64,000 nt of DNA from Isurus oxyrinchus (GCA_026770705.1 JANJGN010000242.1:558001-622000); one strand, 5' to 3'; positions 10,510-24,353 are shown, numbered from the stretch's first letter. Numbers and translations: made by a program. Notes: generated by a model from the sequence alone, not told the origin.

Positions 10510-12243
10510 ATGGATGTCCGAATAGGATTCATCATCCTCAGTCTAAGTGCGATCTTCTCAGGTGATTTACATTTCAAATTCTCACTGATGAACTTCGACG
10601 GAATGCTTCGACACTTCCATGTATATTATTGGATTGACTGGAAGCAGAAATATTAATGTTACACAGAGATGGAATTGATTTAATTATGGGATTTGTAAAA
10701 GATTCCAAAACGCAAAATCTCTCTCTCTCTCTCTCCCTCTCTGCACAGATGCAGCCTGACCTGCCCAGTCTCTCCAGCATTATCTGTTCTCTTTATTTCA
10801 GGTTTCCAGCATCTGCTGTATTTTGATTTCTCCTGGGTGAATCTTCAGAGTCCTCAAAGCCTGAGGGCTGTGCTTGCAGAGCCACTAAATATATCCAAAG
10901 GAGAGTTAGGCAAATTGGTGACTGGTATGGATATTGGGAGTCCTGGGCGCATGGAGGATAGTGGTGATGAGCTCAATCAGATTAGCCAGTGCCCTGGGTC
11001 AATAACAGAGGAGGCTCTAGTGGACCCTATGGTCAACTCCCACTCCTATTTAGGGCGGACGCTCACATGTTAAACATCCAGTGAACTCACCAGAGGCGAA
11101 CCGAGGCTGCAGTGTTTTCTGTCCCCACCTGATTATCTGCCAAGGCTCCTTCAATAGGTTTCCCAGTCCTAACATCCCCAACTGGGAATATAAGGGCAGT
11201 GGGTGCATGCGAGCACCAGCATCTCCAATTCCACCCACCCCAGAGACTCAGACTATCCAGAATGGGGCATGATGCTGCCGGATTTGAATCCTAGAACTCC
11301 CTCCGTGCCTGCACTGTGGGGGGAAGCCTGGGCCACATGGGGCTGCAGCGGCTGAAGGGCACCTTTGGACAGAGGAGGTACTGGGGACCAGTAATAAGTG
11401 CCAGCCTTACCCGCCCACCAATTTGCAATGGAAAACAAATGCCAACGCCCCTTGGCTGAGTGGGCGATTGTCTGTTGACATTTAGCCTCGATCCTTTCCT
11501 GCAGTGTGAGTGTGAAGGGCAGCATTTGTTGCTGATATCTAATGGTGCCTTTTACCCTGACTCGCTTGCTAGGCCATTTGCGAAGGGTTGGTAAGAGTCA
11601 CCCATATTGCTGTGAGCCGGGAGACACATGTTAGGCCAGACTGGGTGAAGACGGCAGATTTCCTTCACTCCCTCAAATGAAGTGAGTGAACCAGATAGGG
11701 TTTTTATTTTGATGACAGTTGGTGATAATTGTCATGGGTCACCTTCAGCTTTATATTCAAGGTTGACGAATTGAATTTAATTTGAAATGAATTGCATTTT
11801 AGACCCACATCCCCGCAGCTGGAGTTACTCATTTGCTGACATGACCAGTGCCCCTTTGCTACCCCTATTTTACCGTTCACGGTGCCTGAGCCTCCACTAA
11901 ATGCTTTCTTCCCTGTCCTTCAGGCAGTGTCGCTGAATCTTCGATCCTTGAAGAGCTGGAGGCTGAAGTGACCATTCAGCATGGAGGTCCGGTGACCATG
12001 AGCTGCTCCTACACAGAGGTGGAGAGGGCCTGCCTTTACAGATACGGGGAAGCTCAGCTGTGGGGCCCCTAGTACATCCTGATACGCTGTACCGACGTCT
12101 TCTGCGACAGCGCCGCGTTCGCCAGGTGCCACTTTGCCTCGTCTCTGAGCAGAACCTATAGAGTTTTCAGGTTAACGGTTTCGCAGGTGACAGCTGAGGA
12201 TCGCAGAGATTAATTCTGCGTCTTAACCCCGCGCACACACACA
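10510..12243 (+). pseudogene. TRDV: VB copy 3 (leader 10510-10561, V exon 11924-12243), pseudogene
   Basis: Leader MDVRIGFIILSLSAIFS. V exon has conserved W->R, TAG at 12070-12072 and a TAA before the second conserved Cys. RSS cacactg 12244-12250/23/acataaact. Confidence 0.9.
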
Positions 12244-12625
12244 CACACTGGGGCCTTGAGCGCAACTACCCGTACATAAACTGTGGCTGCTCCCAGGCCT
12301 TGAGAGGCTGGGACACCCGGCATTGGGGGGTCCAATGTCCGACTGTCAGAGTGCGGGCCGACGGAGAAGTGTGGCATCGAGATGTGGAGAGACAGGCAGA
12401 CAGATAGACAGATAGGCAGATGGATAGTTAGATAGTTCGACAGATTGATAGATAGATAGATAGAGAGAGAGAGACAGACAGACAGACATATAGAAACACA
12501 GATAAATAGACAGACAGGCAGACAGAAACAGATAGGCAGACAGAAAAACAGATAGATACGTTTATAGATAGACAGACAGACGGGCAGAAGTGAAGATATA
12601 TAGACAAATAGTTGATAGAGCGATG

Positions 12626-12674
<49 letters not shown>

Positions 12675-14599
12675 GCAGATAGGTAGGTAGGTATCTAGAT
12701 AATTAGATAGAAAAATAGATAGATAGATCGATAGATAGATAGCTATATAGATAGATCNNNNNNNNNNNNNNNNNNNNNNNNNNNNNNNNNNNNNNNNNNN
12801 NNNNNNNNNNNNNNNNNNNNNNNNNNNNNNNNNNNNNNNNNNNNNNNNNNNNNNNNNNNNNNNNNNNNNNNNNNNNNNNNNNNNNNNNNNNNNNNNNNNN
12901 NNNNNNNNNNNNNNNNNNNNNNNNNNNNNNNNNNNNNNNNNNNNNNNNNNNNNNNNNNNNNNNNNNNNNNNNNNNNNNNNNNNNNNNNNNNNNNNNNNNN
13001 NNNNNNNNNNNNNNNNNNNNNNNNNNNNNNNNNNNNNNNNNNNNNNNNNNNNNNNNNNNNNNNNNNNNNNNNNNNNNNNNNNNNNNNNNNNNNNNNNNNN
13101 NNNNNNNNNNNNNNNNNNNNNNNNNNNNNNNNNNNNNNNNNNNNNNNNNNNNNNNNNNNNNNNNNNNNNNNNNNNNNNNNNNNNNNNNNNNNNNNNNNNN
13201 NNNNNNNNNNNNNNNNNNNNNNNNNNNNNNNNNNNNNNNNNNNNNNNNNNNNNNNNNNNNNNNNNNNNNNNNNNNNNNNNNNNNNNNNNNNNNNNNNNNN
13301 NNNNNNNNNNNNNNNNNNNNNNNNNNNNNNNNNNNNNNNNNNNNNNNNNNNNNNNNNNNNNNNNNNNNNNNNNNNNNNNNNNNNNNNNNNNNNNNNNNNN
13401 NNNNNNNNNNNNNNNNNNNNNNNNNNNNNNNNNNNNNNNNNNNNNNNNNNNNNNNNNNNNNNNNNNNNNNNNNNNNNNNNNNNNNNNNNNNNNNNNNNNN
13501 NNNNNNNNNNNNNNNNNNNNNNNNNNNNNNNNNNNNNNNNNNNNNNNNNNNNNNNNNNNNNNNNNNNNNNNNGGTACATTAAAAGACGAAACAGAGATGT
13601 GTTAGCTGGACAGAGACGGACACACAGGTGATGGACAGAGAAATAGGCAGAAGGATACTTCACCTGATGAACAGACAGAGAGATATATCCAGAAGTGCGC
13701 TGACAGGTGCCACTGGATGTGCCACTAGACTTTCACCGCCACTACCCCTACAACAAGCTTTTCCTGCAGAAAGAACTTGCAGTGGATTTCTGATACTTTT
13801 GGGATTATTCCAGCCGCGCTCCCTGGTCACATTCCCACTGACCAATGCCAATTGTTTCCGTCCTTACCCGAAAAGGGCAGGGATGGTGTGAGGTGTGGGA
13901 GATTTGGGGTGGGGGGTGGGGTAGGGGGGGTGAAGGGAGATTCAGTTCGGTGAAAGTGGGCGGAGAGAATGCAGTAGTGGGATAGAATGGGCTGCTCATA
14001 GCGCCGAGTGTCCAGAGTGTCTCCCCTTGGCTCACAACAACAAAGGTAGGAGTGAACATTTGGCACTCAGTGATCTCCCAAGCGCAATCCAATTGCAGCA
14101 CCCGCGAGCTGAGCCCTGCAACGCCGTTGGGGCGGTCAGAATGGGCGCGAATGGAGAAGATTCCGGACGCCACTTCTGCACAATTCTCTCCACACCACCA
14201 CCCGCCCCCCCCATCCCCCACCTCACCCCCCACCCCCATCACCGCCCGGCGCAGGCTTCTTGCAGGGCCGAAATGTCCTTGCGGTGCACAGTTCAGACCG
14301 GTAGGTGGAGATGTTGCCCACGGATTTAACTCCCCTCATGTCAGAGCAAAGAAATTCAATGAGCAAAGGTCAGGGGCAAAATTAAAAAGCAGCCACGTAA
14401 AGGGAAACTGCAGAAACAAATCTCAAAATCTAAAGATAACTTACGGCGGTCAAACCAAACGTGATTCAGAGGGTCAATAAAACACTCCAGTGACATTTTA
14501 CACGTTCATAGCCCTTCATGACAGTTCATAAATGAATGCTCCTTGTCATGTGTGTAACAAGTAAATACTTGGCACCTTATAAGAAAATATATATCATGG

Positions 14600-14910
14600 T
14601 TTGCAAAGCCTGGATCCGCTCTTGCAAAAGACTGGACCCTTCTTTCCGAAAGGCTGGATCCGCTCTTGCAAAACACTGGATCCGCTCTTGCAAAAGACTC
14701 GATCCATTCTTGCAAAAGAATCGATCCACTCTTCTAAAAGACTGGTTCCGCTCTGGCATAAGACTGGATCCGCTCTTGCAAAAGTCGGGATCAACTCAGG
14801 AAAGGTCTGGATACGCTCTTGCCAAAGACTGGATCTGCTCTTGCAAAAGACTGGATGCCCTCTTGCAAAAGATTGGAACCGCACTTGCAAAGACAGGGAG
14901 CGCTCTTGCA
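14600..14910. repeat. 21-22 bp minisatellite (TTGCAAAAGACTGGATCCGCTC)n, copy 2
   Basis: About 14 degenerate units upstream of the VA4 leader. Confidence 0.85.
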
Positions 14911-15327
14911 GAGCCTGCGGGTGAGTTGCAAACTTTGGCCATTCGATGCCAAGGCCAGCTCCGCTCTAGCGGACACTCGGTACCTCACTGCGGCACAAGA
15001 GGGTCTGAATGCAAAGGACAGACTTCCGGATTGCAAACTCTGGGTGTTTTCTCGCAATTTCCGTAATCGCCAGAATGCGTGGGTTTGTGTGTGTGTGTGT
15101 GTGGGTGTTTATTTGTTTTCACTTTGTGCAATTGCCAAGTGATCTTGCTGCAACCTCTTGGTTTATTCTGCCCGGGGGCTGGAGCGTGAGCATCAAATCA
15201 TTTCCATGTGCTCATCCACAGAGCGGCTGGATGGTGGAGAGTCGGTCCGGGGCAGCAGGTTCCCAGACGATCTTTCTTGTATTGTCTCTCGCAGGACCCA
15301 CGCCAGCAGCTTGAGATCGCTCTCAGG

Positions 15328-16915
15328 ATGTTCTTCAAAGTGATAGGGTCATTAATGTTCTCCTCATTTCCACGTGAGTCACTTTATTTGGGTAGAAGCC
15401 TCTCCTGTTTCGGCGCTGCTGTCGCTATTCATTGTTTTGCTGGGTTGCTGGTTGGGGGTGGAGTGGGTAGCAGAGTTTGCAATGTCCGTAGGGCCGGTCA
15501 TCCGGGGGTTCAGGCGAATGATCTGAGGACATGGTTTCATCTCCCACCCCGCTACATTGTAGAATTTCAATTCAATTGGATTTAAATGGATTTGAAGTGA
15601 CCATGAAACTATTACCACTTCCACCGACTGTCTCAAAGGCCCCTCTGCTTCCTAATGCCTCTTAAAGGGAAAGAAATCTGCCGCCCTTACCCGGCCCGGC
15701 CTGCATGTGACTCCAGACCTCACAAAGACGACGCCGTTTCCTCTTAACTGCACCCACCACCCCCGCCCCCCGCCCCACCCCACCCCCTATCCTCCCCACG
15801 CGAAGTAGCCATTCAGTTCAAGGGCAATTTGGGACGGCTAACAAATGCTGCCCCTGTCAGCGATAAGACCATAAGAGACGTGGACGCTGATGTAGATCAT
15901 TCGGCCCATCGAGTCAGCTCCGCCGTTCAGTGGCTGAACTCGTAATCCTCAACTCCAATTTCCTGCTTTTTCACCAAAACCCTTGATTCTCTTACTGATT
16001 AAAAAATCTGTTTATCTCAGCCGTGAATATACTTAACCACCTAAACAGACCTCTGATTTGAAGAATTCCTCAGGTTGACTAACCTCTGAGAGAGGAAATT
16101 CCTCCACATCTCTGTTTTCAGTGAGCGACTCCTTATTCTGAGATGATGCGCTCTGGTCCGAGACTCTCCCACAAGGAGTAACAGCCTCTCAGCATCTACC
16201 CTGTCAAGCCCCCTAAGAACCTTATATGTTTCAGTAAGTTCGCCTCTCATTTTTTAAACCCCAGTGAGTACAGGCCCAACCTACTTATCCTGTCCTCATA
16301 AGAAAATTCCTTCGTCCCCAGGGTCAGCCAAGTGAATCTTCTCTGGAATGTCTCCAGTACCAATGCATCTTTCCTTTGATAAGGGGACAAAAACTGTTCC
16401 CGGTGTTCCAGGTATGGTCTAACTAGTGCTTTGTACAGTTTGAGCAAGACTTCCCTATTTTTGTACTCTACTGGCAGGAGTGGAACAGCCTATCCCTGTG
16501 TGACTGAGAGCACCAGTTAGTCTATATTCCCACTGAGTTTAGATGATTAACTATTGGAAATCTCTTCTGCCCTTCTATTTCTCACACCGTTTGTCCTGAT
16601 TGGTCATCCAGGTGAAGACTGGGCCTAGTCCCAACTCCAGCTGGAGCAGACGCCAGCTAGTGAGTAGCTGGTGGAAGGCGGAGGAGCTGTCCTGCTCTGC
16701 AGGCTGCTCGGCAACAGGAGGCCGATCACGTTTCACTGGTACCAGTGGAGACAGGCGCAAGGGCCCGAATGGGTTTACACCTCCGGAGATCATTAAGGGG
16801 ACGGCTTCGAAGACAGGTTCAGATAGTTGCTGTACCGGGATCGGAACCTGTTGGCCTTGCAGCTTCTCGGCGCTAATTTTCAGGACAGGGCCATCTACTA
16901 CTGCGCCTCGTCTGA
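15328..16915 (+). pseudogene. TRDV: VA copy 4 (leader 15328-15373, V exon 16612-16915), pseudogene
   Basis: Leader MFFKVIGSLMFSSFP|gtgagt. V exon has several in-frame stops (TAG in GCC TAG, GAG TAG, CAT TAA, AGA TAG). Heptamer cacagtc. Confidence 0.9.
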
Positions 16916-17761
16916 CACAGTCTTCCACACACAATGCCTCCTGTTGCAGGAGAACAGCTGGCAGGACATAGAATGCTCCGACTGAACAGGAGTGAAGCCG
17001 GAGCAGGAAAGAGATAAAGAGGGAGAAAGTCATAGGGACAGGCATCATGATGTAAGAGAGGAAGATACAAAGGCAGGCAAGAAACAGAAAGAGAGGGAAA
17101 GACAGAGAGAGGGAGAGAGAGAGAAAGCAGAAAGTGACAGATATAGGGCCAGAGAGAAAGCGGGACAGAGACAAGCTTCAGAGACAGAGAGAGATAAAGA
17201 GAGAGAGAGAAAGAGAGTAGGAGAGAAAGTGAAAGGTTTAGGGGCAGAGAGGAAGGGAGACAGAGACAAACAGGAGGCAGACAGTGAAAGAAATTAAAAG
17301 AGATAGGAAGATATATGATGAGTAAGAGAGGAAGAGAGACAGAGACAAGAATGAGAGAGAGAGAGAGAAAGTGAAAGATATGTTCAGTGGTGGAACTTGC
17401 AGGAGTCTCTGAGTTGCCCAGTTCCAAAGTTTCGCCACAACCTGAATGAAGAAATGTCTTCTCAGCAGATCCAAAATAACCCAGCTTTGCCCCGGGGTGT
17501 TAACCCTGCATTCTAGATACCCCAGCCGGGGGGTGGGGGCGTGGATAATAATAATAAATGAAATCTCTCAGTGTCTACCTTGTTCAGCCTGTCCAGGAGT
17601 GGGTTCGACAAGGTAGACACTGAGCGGTTTTATTTATTATTATTATTCGTTGGGCTGGAAGTCCAATCATTGCACTTCCGGGTTCAGCCCTGATCCTCAG
17701 TATAAAGAGGGGCGCCATTGCTAAGTCGCTATTGTACCTTTTGCACATAGAGAAGGTGCAG

Positions 17762-19503
17762 ATGGATGTCCGAATAGGATTCATCATCTTCACTCTAACT
17801 GCGATCTTCTCAGGTGAGTTACACTTCAGATTCTCAACGATTAACTTCCAAGGAATCCGTCTGCACTTCCATAAGGACTATTGGATTGACTGGAAACAGA
17901 AATATTAATATTATATAGAGATGGAGTTGATTTAATCATTGGATTTGTAAAAGATCCCGAAACGTGAAATCTGGCTCTCTCTCCCTCCCTCTCTCCACAG
18001 ATGCTGCCCGACCTGCCCAGTCTCTCCAGCATTTTCTGTTTTCTTTATGTCAGGTTTCCAGCCTCTGCAGTATTTTGATTTGTTCTGGATGAATCTTCAG
18101 AGTCCTCCACGCCCGAGGGCTATGCAGGCAAAGCCAATGAATATATCCAAAGGGGAGTTAGACTGATTAGTGACTGGTGTGGAGATTGGGACTCCAGGGA
18201 GCAAAAAGGAAAGTGGTGATGAGGCTCAATCGGATGAGCCCCTGCCCTGAGTCTATGACAGAAGAGGCTCTACTGGATCCTATGGTCAACTCCCACCCCT
18301 CCTGCTTCTGTCTGACACACACATGTTAAACATCCAGTGAACTCACCGCAGGTGCACCGAGGCTGCAGTGTTTCCTGTTCCCACCATAAACTCTGACAAT
18401 CCACCAAGGCTCTTCTGATAGCACCTCCCAGTCCTGACATAATCCACCTGGGAAGATAAGGGTAGAGAATTCATGGGAGTGCTACTATCTTCAATTCCCC
18501 CCAGAGACACAGACTATCCAGATTGGGGCATGTTGTCGCTGGATCTGAATCCTGGAATTCCCACCGTGCCTGCACTGTGGGGGAAAGCCTGGGCCACACG
18601 GAGCTGCAGCGGCTGAAGGGCATGTTTGGAACGAGGAGGAACTGGGGACCGGTCATAAATGCCAGCCTTACCCACAGGCCAATAAAAAGTGGAAAACAAA
18701 TGCCAACGCCCCTTGGCTGAGCGGGCGATTGTCTGTTGACATTTCCCATCGATCCTTTCCTGCAGTGTGACTGTGAGTGTGAAGGGCAGCATTTGTTGCC
18801 CATCTCTAATTGCCCCTTTTGCTCTGCTTCGCTTGCTAGACCATTTGGGAAGAGCCGCTGAGAGTCAAGCACTTTGCTGTGAACCTAGAGACACATGTTA
18901 GGCCAGACTGGGTGAAGATGGCGATTTCCTCCACTCCCTCAGAGGACATGAGTGAACCAGTTGGAGTCTTTATTTTGATGACAGTTGCTGATAATTGTCA
19001 TGGGTCAACCTCAGCTTTATATTCAATGTTGATGAATTGGATTTAATTTGAAATGAATTGCATTTTGGACCCACAGCCACGCAGCTGGAGCTACTCATTT
19101 ACTCACATTACCAGTGCCCCATTGTTACCCCTATTTTACCGTTCACAGTACCTGAGCCTCAACTAAATGCTTTCTTCCCTGTCCCTTCGGCAGCGTCGCT
19201 GAATCATCGATCCTTGATCAGCTGGAGGCAGAGGTGACCGTTCAGCAGGGAGGCACGGTGACCATGAGCTGCTCCTACACAGAGGTAGAGAGGGCCTGCC
19301 TTTTCTGGTACCGTGATGCCCTGCCCTGGGGCGCCCACTACATCCTGATACGCTGCACCGACGGCTTCAGCGACAGCGCCGCTTTCGCCAGGCGCCGCTT
19401 CGCCTCGTCTCTGAGCAGAACCTAGAGTTTTCAGGTGAACCGCTTCGCAGGTGACATCTGAGGATCGCAGAGAATACTTCTGCATCCTAACGCCGCGGAC
19501 ACA
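17762..19503 (+). pseudogene. TRDV: VB copy 4 (leader 17762-17813, V exon ~19190-19503), pseudogene
   Basis: Leader MDVRIGFIIFTLTAIFS. Acceptor AG lost (cttcgg). A 2-nt deletion gives ACC TAG in FR3. RSS cacactg 19504-19510/23/acataaact. Confidence 0.9.
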
Positions 19504-21117
19504 CACACTGGAGCCTTGAGGGCAACCACCCGTACATAAACTGCGACTGCTCCCATGCCGTCAGAGACTGGGACTCCCGGCATTGCGGGGTCCGATGTCC
19601 CACTGTCAGAGGGCCGACTGAGAAGCGTGGCATTCAGGCGTGNNNNNNNNNNNNNNNNNNNNNNNNNNNNNNNNNNNNNNNNNNNNNNNNNNNNNNNNNN
19701 NNNNNNNNNNNNNNNNNNNNNNNNNNNNNNNNNNNNNNNNNNNNNNNNNNNNNNNNNNNNNNNNNNNNNNNNNNNNNNNNNNNNNNNNNNNNNNNNNNNN
19801 NNNNNNNNNNNAGGTAGACAGATGGATAGGTAGGCAGATAAACTGATAGATACGTTCATACGTAGACAGACAGACATGGAGATAAATAGACAGATAGGTA
19901 GAGTGATAGATACATAGAGAGATATTCAGAAAGATGGGTGGATAGATAGATAGGTATCTCGATAAATAGATTTAAAAAAAGTAGAGAGATAGAAAAATAG
20001 ATAGATAGATAGACATGCTGACAGCCTGGTACATTAAAAGAAGAAACAGATATGTTAGCTGGACAGAGACTGACACACAGGTGATGGACAGAGAAATAGG
20101 CAGAAGGATACATCACCTGATGAACAGACAGCGAGATATATTCATAAGCGCGGTGACAACAGGTGCCACTGGATGTGCCACTAGCCTTTCACCGCTGCTT
20201 CCCCTACACCAAGCTTTTCCTGCAGACACAGCGAACTCAGGATTTTCGATGCTTTTGGGATAATTCCAGCCTCGCTGCCTGGTCACATTCCCACCGACCA
20301 CTGACAATTGTTTCGTCCTTAGCCGACAAGGGCAAGGCTGGTGTGGAGTGAGTGGCGGGGGGTTAGGGGGCGGGATGTGGGAGGGGTGGGGGTGGGTGTT
20401 GGAGAAGGGAGATTCAGATGGTGGAAAATGGGCGGAAAGGATGGAATAGTTAGACTGGACAGCTCATAACGCCGTTTCCAGAATGTCTCCCCTTGGTTCA
20501 CAACGACAGAGGTAGGAGTGAACATTTGGCGCTCAGTGGTCTCCCAAGCGGAATCCAAATGCAGCACCTGCGAGCTGAGCCCTGCAACGCCGTTGGGGCG
20601 GTCCGAATGGGCGCGAAAGGAGGAGATTGCGAAGCAACGTTTGGCACAATCCTCTCCCCCCTCCACATTCCCCCCCCCACAACACGCCCCACCTCCCCCC
20701 ACCCCACCCCACCCCGCCCCCCCCCCCACCCCCCCAGCCCCCAACCCCCGCCCATCACAGCCCGAAGCAGGCTTTCTGCAGGACCGTAAAGTCATTGCAG
20801 TTCCCAATTCAGCCCGGTAGGCGGAGATGTTGCCCACGGATTTAACTCTCCTAGAGTCAGAGCAAATAATTTCAACGATCAAATGTCAGGGGCAAAATTG
20901 AAAAGTGGCCACTTAAAGGGAAACTGCAGAAACAAAAGTCAAACACTAAAGGTAAATTACGATGGTCAAAACAAACGTGATTCAGAGGGTCAATAAATCA
21001 CTCCAGTAACATTTAACACGTTAATAGCCCTTCATGACACTTCATAATTGAATGATCCTTGCCATGCGTGTAACAATTAAATACCTGGCATCTTATCAGC
21101 AAATGTAAATCATAGAT

Positions 21118-21377
21118 TTGCAAAGACTGGATCCGCTCTTGCAAAGGCTGAATCCGCTGTTCCAAAGACAGGATCCTCTCTTACAAAAGGCTAGATCTGC
21201 TCCTGCAAACACTGGACCCGCTCTTGCAAAAGACTGGATCCGCTATTGCAAATACTGGATTCGCTCTTGCAAAGACTGGATCCGCTGTGGCAAAAGACTG
21301 GTTCCGCTGCTGCCAAAGACTTGATCCGAGCTTGCAAAAGACTGGATCCGCTCTTGCAAAGACTGGATCCGCTCTTG
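21118..21377. repeat. 21-22 bp minisatellite (TTGCAAAAGACTGGATCCGCTC)n, copy 3
   Basis: About 12 degenerate units upstream of the VA5 leader. Confidence 0.85.
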
Positions 21378-21728
21378 AGGACACTCGGTATCTCACTGCT
21401 GCACAAGAGGGGCTGAATGCAAAGGACAGACTTCCGGATTGCAAACTCTGGATGTTGTCTCGCAATTTCCCGAATCGTCACAATATGTGTGTGTGTGTGT
21501 GTGTGTGTTTATTTGTTTTCACTTTGTGCAATTGCCAAGTTATCTTGCTGCAACCTCTTGGTTTATTGTCCCGGGGGCTGGAGGGTGAGCATCCAATCAT
21601 TTCCGTGTGCTCAACCACAGAGGGGCTGGATGGTGGAGACTCGGACCGGGGCAGCACGTTCTCACACGACCTCTTTCTTGTGTTGTCTCTCGCTGGATCC
21701 ACAACAGCAGCTTGAGATCGCTCTCAGG

Positions 21729-21774
21729 ATGTCCTTCAAAGTGATAGGGGCATTAATTTTCTCCTCATTTCTAC
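21729..21774 (+). CDS. TRDV: Leader exon of VA copy 5
   Basis: ATG...MSFKVIGALIFSSFL C|gtgagt; phase-1 donor matches the V exon at 23057. Confidence 0.75.
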
Positions 21775-23056
21775 GTGAGTCACTTTATTTGGGTAGAAGC
21801 CTCTCCTGCTTCGACGCTGCCGTCGCTTTTCATTGTTTTGCTGGTTGGGCGGTAGGGGTGGGTAGCAGAGTTTGCAATGTCCGTAGGGCCGGTCATGTGG
21901 GGGCGCAGGCGAATGATCTGAGGACATGGGTTCATCTCCCACCCCGCTGCCTTGTAGAATTTCAATTCAATTGGAATTTAACTGGAATTGAAGTGACCAT
22001 GAAACTACTACCATTACCACCGATTGTGTCAAAAGCCCCTCTGCTTCCCTAATGCCTCCTTTTGGGAAGGAAATCTGCCGCCCTTACCCAGCCCGGCCTA
22101 CATGTGACTCCAGACCTCAGAAAGACGACGCCGGTGCCTCTTAACTGCACTCACCTCCCCTCCCCCCTCGCCCCAACCTCACCCCCACCGCCCCCCCCCC
22201 CCCCCCCCCCCCCCACGCCCCCCCCCCCCCTTCCCCCGCGAAGTAGCCGTTCAGTTCAAGGTCAATTAGGGACGGGTAACAAATGCTGCCCTTGTCAGCG
22301 ATAAGACCATAAGAGACGTGGACGTGTGGACGTAGATGTAGATAATTCGGCCCATCGAGTGTGCTCCGCTGTTCAATGAGATCGTGGCTGATCTGATAAT
22401 CCTCAACTCCAATTTCCTGCCTTTTCACCATAACCCTTGATTCCCTTACTGTTTAAAAAATCTGTCTATCTCAGCCGTGAATATACTTACCCACCTAAAG
22501 AGGCCTCTGCGTTAAAGAATTCCTCAGGTTGACTAACCTCTGAGAGAAGAAATTCCTCCTCATCTCTGTTCTAAGTGGACGACTCCTTATTCCGAGATGA
22601 TGCCCTCTGGTCCTAGACTCTCCCACAGCCTCTCAGCAACTACCCTGTCAAGCCCCCTAAGAACCTTATATCTTTCAGTAAGTTCGCCTCTCATTTTTTT
22701 AACCCCCAGTGAGTACAGGCCCAACCTACTTAACCTCTCCTCATAAGAAAATCCATCCGTCCCCGGGGTCAACCAAATGAATCTGCTCTGGAATGTCTCC
22801 AGTATCACTGCATCTTTCCTTTGATAAGAGGACAAAAACTGTTCCCGGTGTTCCAGGTGTGGTCTAACTAGTGCCATGTACAGCTTTAGCAAGACCTCCC
22901 TATTTTTGTACTCTACTGGCAGGAGTGGGACAGCCTATCCCTGTGTGACTGGCAGTACCAGTTACTGTATATTCGCACTACGTTTAGATGATTAAATATT
23001 GGAAATCTCTTCTGCCCTTCCATTTCTCACCCCGTTTTGCCCCATTGGTCACCCAG

Positions 23057-23360
23057 GGGCAGATTGGGTCCAATCCCAACTCCAGCTGGAGCAGACGCCA
23101 GCCAGTGAGTGGCTGGTGGAAGGCGGAGGAGCTGTCCTGCTCTGCAGGCTGCTCGGCAACAGGAGGCCGCTCACGTTTCACTGGTACCGGTGGAGAGAGT
23201 CTCACGCGCCAGAATGGGTTTACAGCTCCGGAGATCATTACGGGGACGGCTTCGAAGAGAGGTTCAAAGGGTTGCTGTACCGGGAACAGAACTTGCTGGC
23301 CTTGCAGCTACTCGGCGCTGAGTTTCAGGACGGGGCCCTCTACTACTGCGCCTCGTCTGA
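23057..23360 (+). CDS. TRDV: VA copy 5 V exon, apparently functional TCR delta V
   Basis: (R)ADWVQSQLQLEQTPASEWLVEGGGAVLLCRLLGNRRPLTFHWYRWRESHAPEWVYSSGDHYGDGFEERFKGLLYREQNLLALQLLGAEFQDGALYYCASS. RSS cactgtg 23361-23367, 23 nt, gcaagaaaa 23391-23399. Confidence 0.88.
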
Positions 23361-24209
23361 CACTGTGCTCCACACACAATGCCTCCTGCAGCAAGAAAAC
23401 ACTTGGCAGGACAGAGAATGCTCCGACTCAACAGGAGTGAAGTCGGAGATAGAGAGAGATAGAGAGAGAGAAAGTCATAGGGACAGGCATCGTGAGGTAA
23501 GAGAGGAAGAGACAAAGACAAGAATGAAACAGAGAGAGAGAGAGAGAAAGAGAGTGAGAGAGAGAGAAAGCAGAAAGTGAAAGATATAGGGCCAGCGAGG
23601 AAGCGAGTCAGAGACAAACTTCAGAGAGAGAGAGAGAGAAAGAGAGAGGGAGAGAAAGTGAAAGGTTTAGCAGCAGGGAGGAAGGGAGACAGACAAACAG
23701 GAGGTAGAGAGAGTGAAGAACGTGAAAGATATTGGAAGATGCATCATGAGTAAGGGAGGAAGAGAGAGAGAGACAAGAATGAGAGAGAGAGAGAGAAAGT
23801 GAAAGATATGATCAGCGGTGCAACTTGCAGGAGTCTCTGAGCTGCCAAGTTCCAAAGTCTTACCACAACCTGAATTGAAGATCCAAAATGACCCGGCTTT
23901 GACCTGGGGCATTAACCCAGCATTCTCGATACCCCAGCCTGGCGTGGAGGGGGGTGGGGGGGGGGGGCGGGAGTGTAATAATAAATAAAACCTCTCAGTG
24001 TCTATCTTGTCGAGCCCGTCCAGGAGCGTTGATGTTTCAATGAGCGCACCTTGCACACGCCTTGACAAGAGCGATGACACCATCTGTTTGCTATTGATGG
24101 GCGGCTGAGTGCAGCCAATGGTTTCTGTTCTCCAGACCTGTCCCCAGCTGTCTGTTCAGTAAACCCCCCCATCCCCTCACCCAACACCCCCAACCCCCCT
24201 CCCCCACCC

Positions 24210-24240
<31 letters not shown>

Positions 24241-24353
24241 ACAGCTGATCAGGATCTGAACAGCTCATCAACTGCTTTACTCAGGGAGTGACTGGTGGGG
24301 TTTCTGGGGGTTGGCGAGACCCGGCTACCTGAGTCAGCCAAGACCCAAGGAGC

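Noticed and set aside
4990-21377. 22-bp repeats as a CRISPR array
   Set aside because: Head-to-tail units without unique spacers, in a vertebrate locus; this is a minisatellite.
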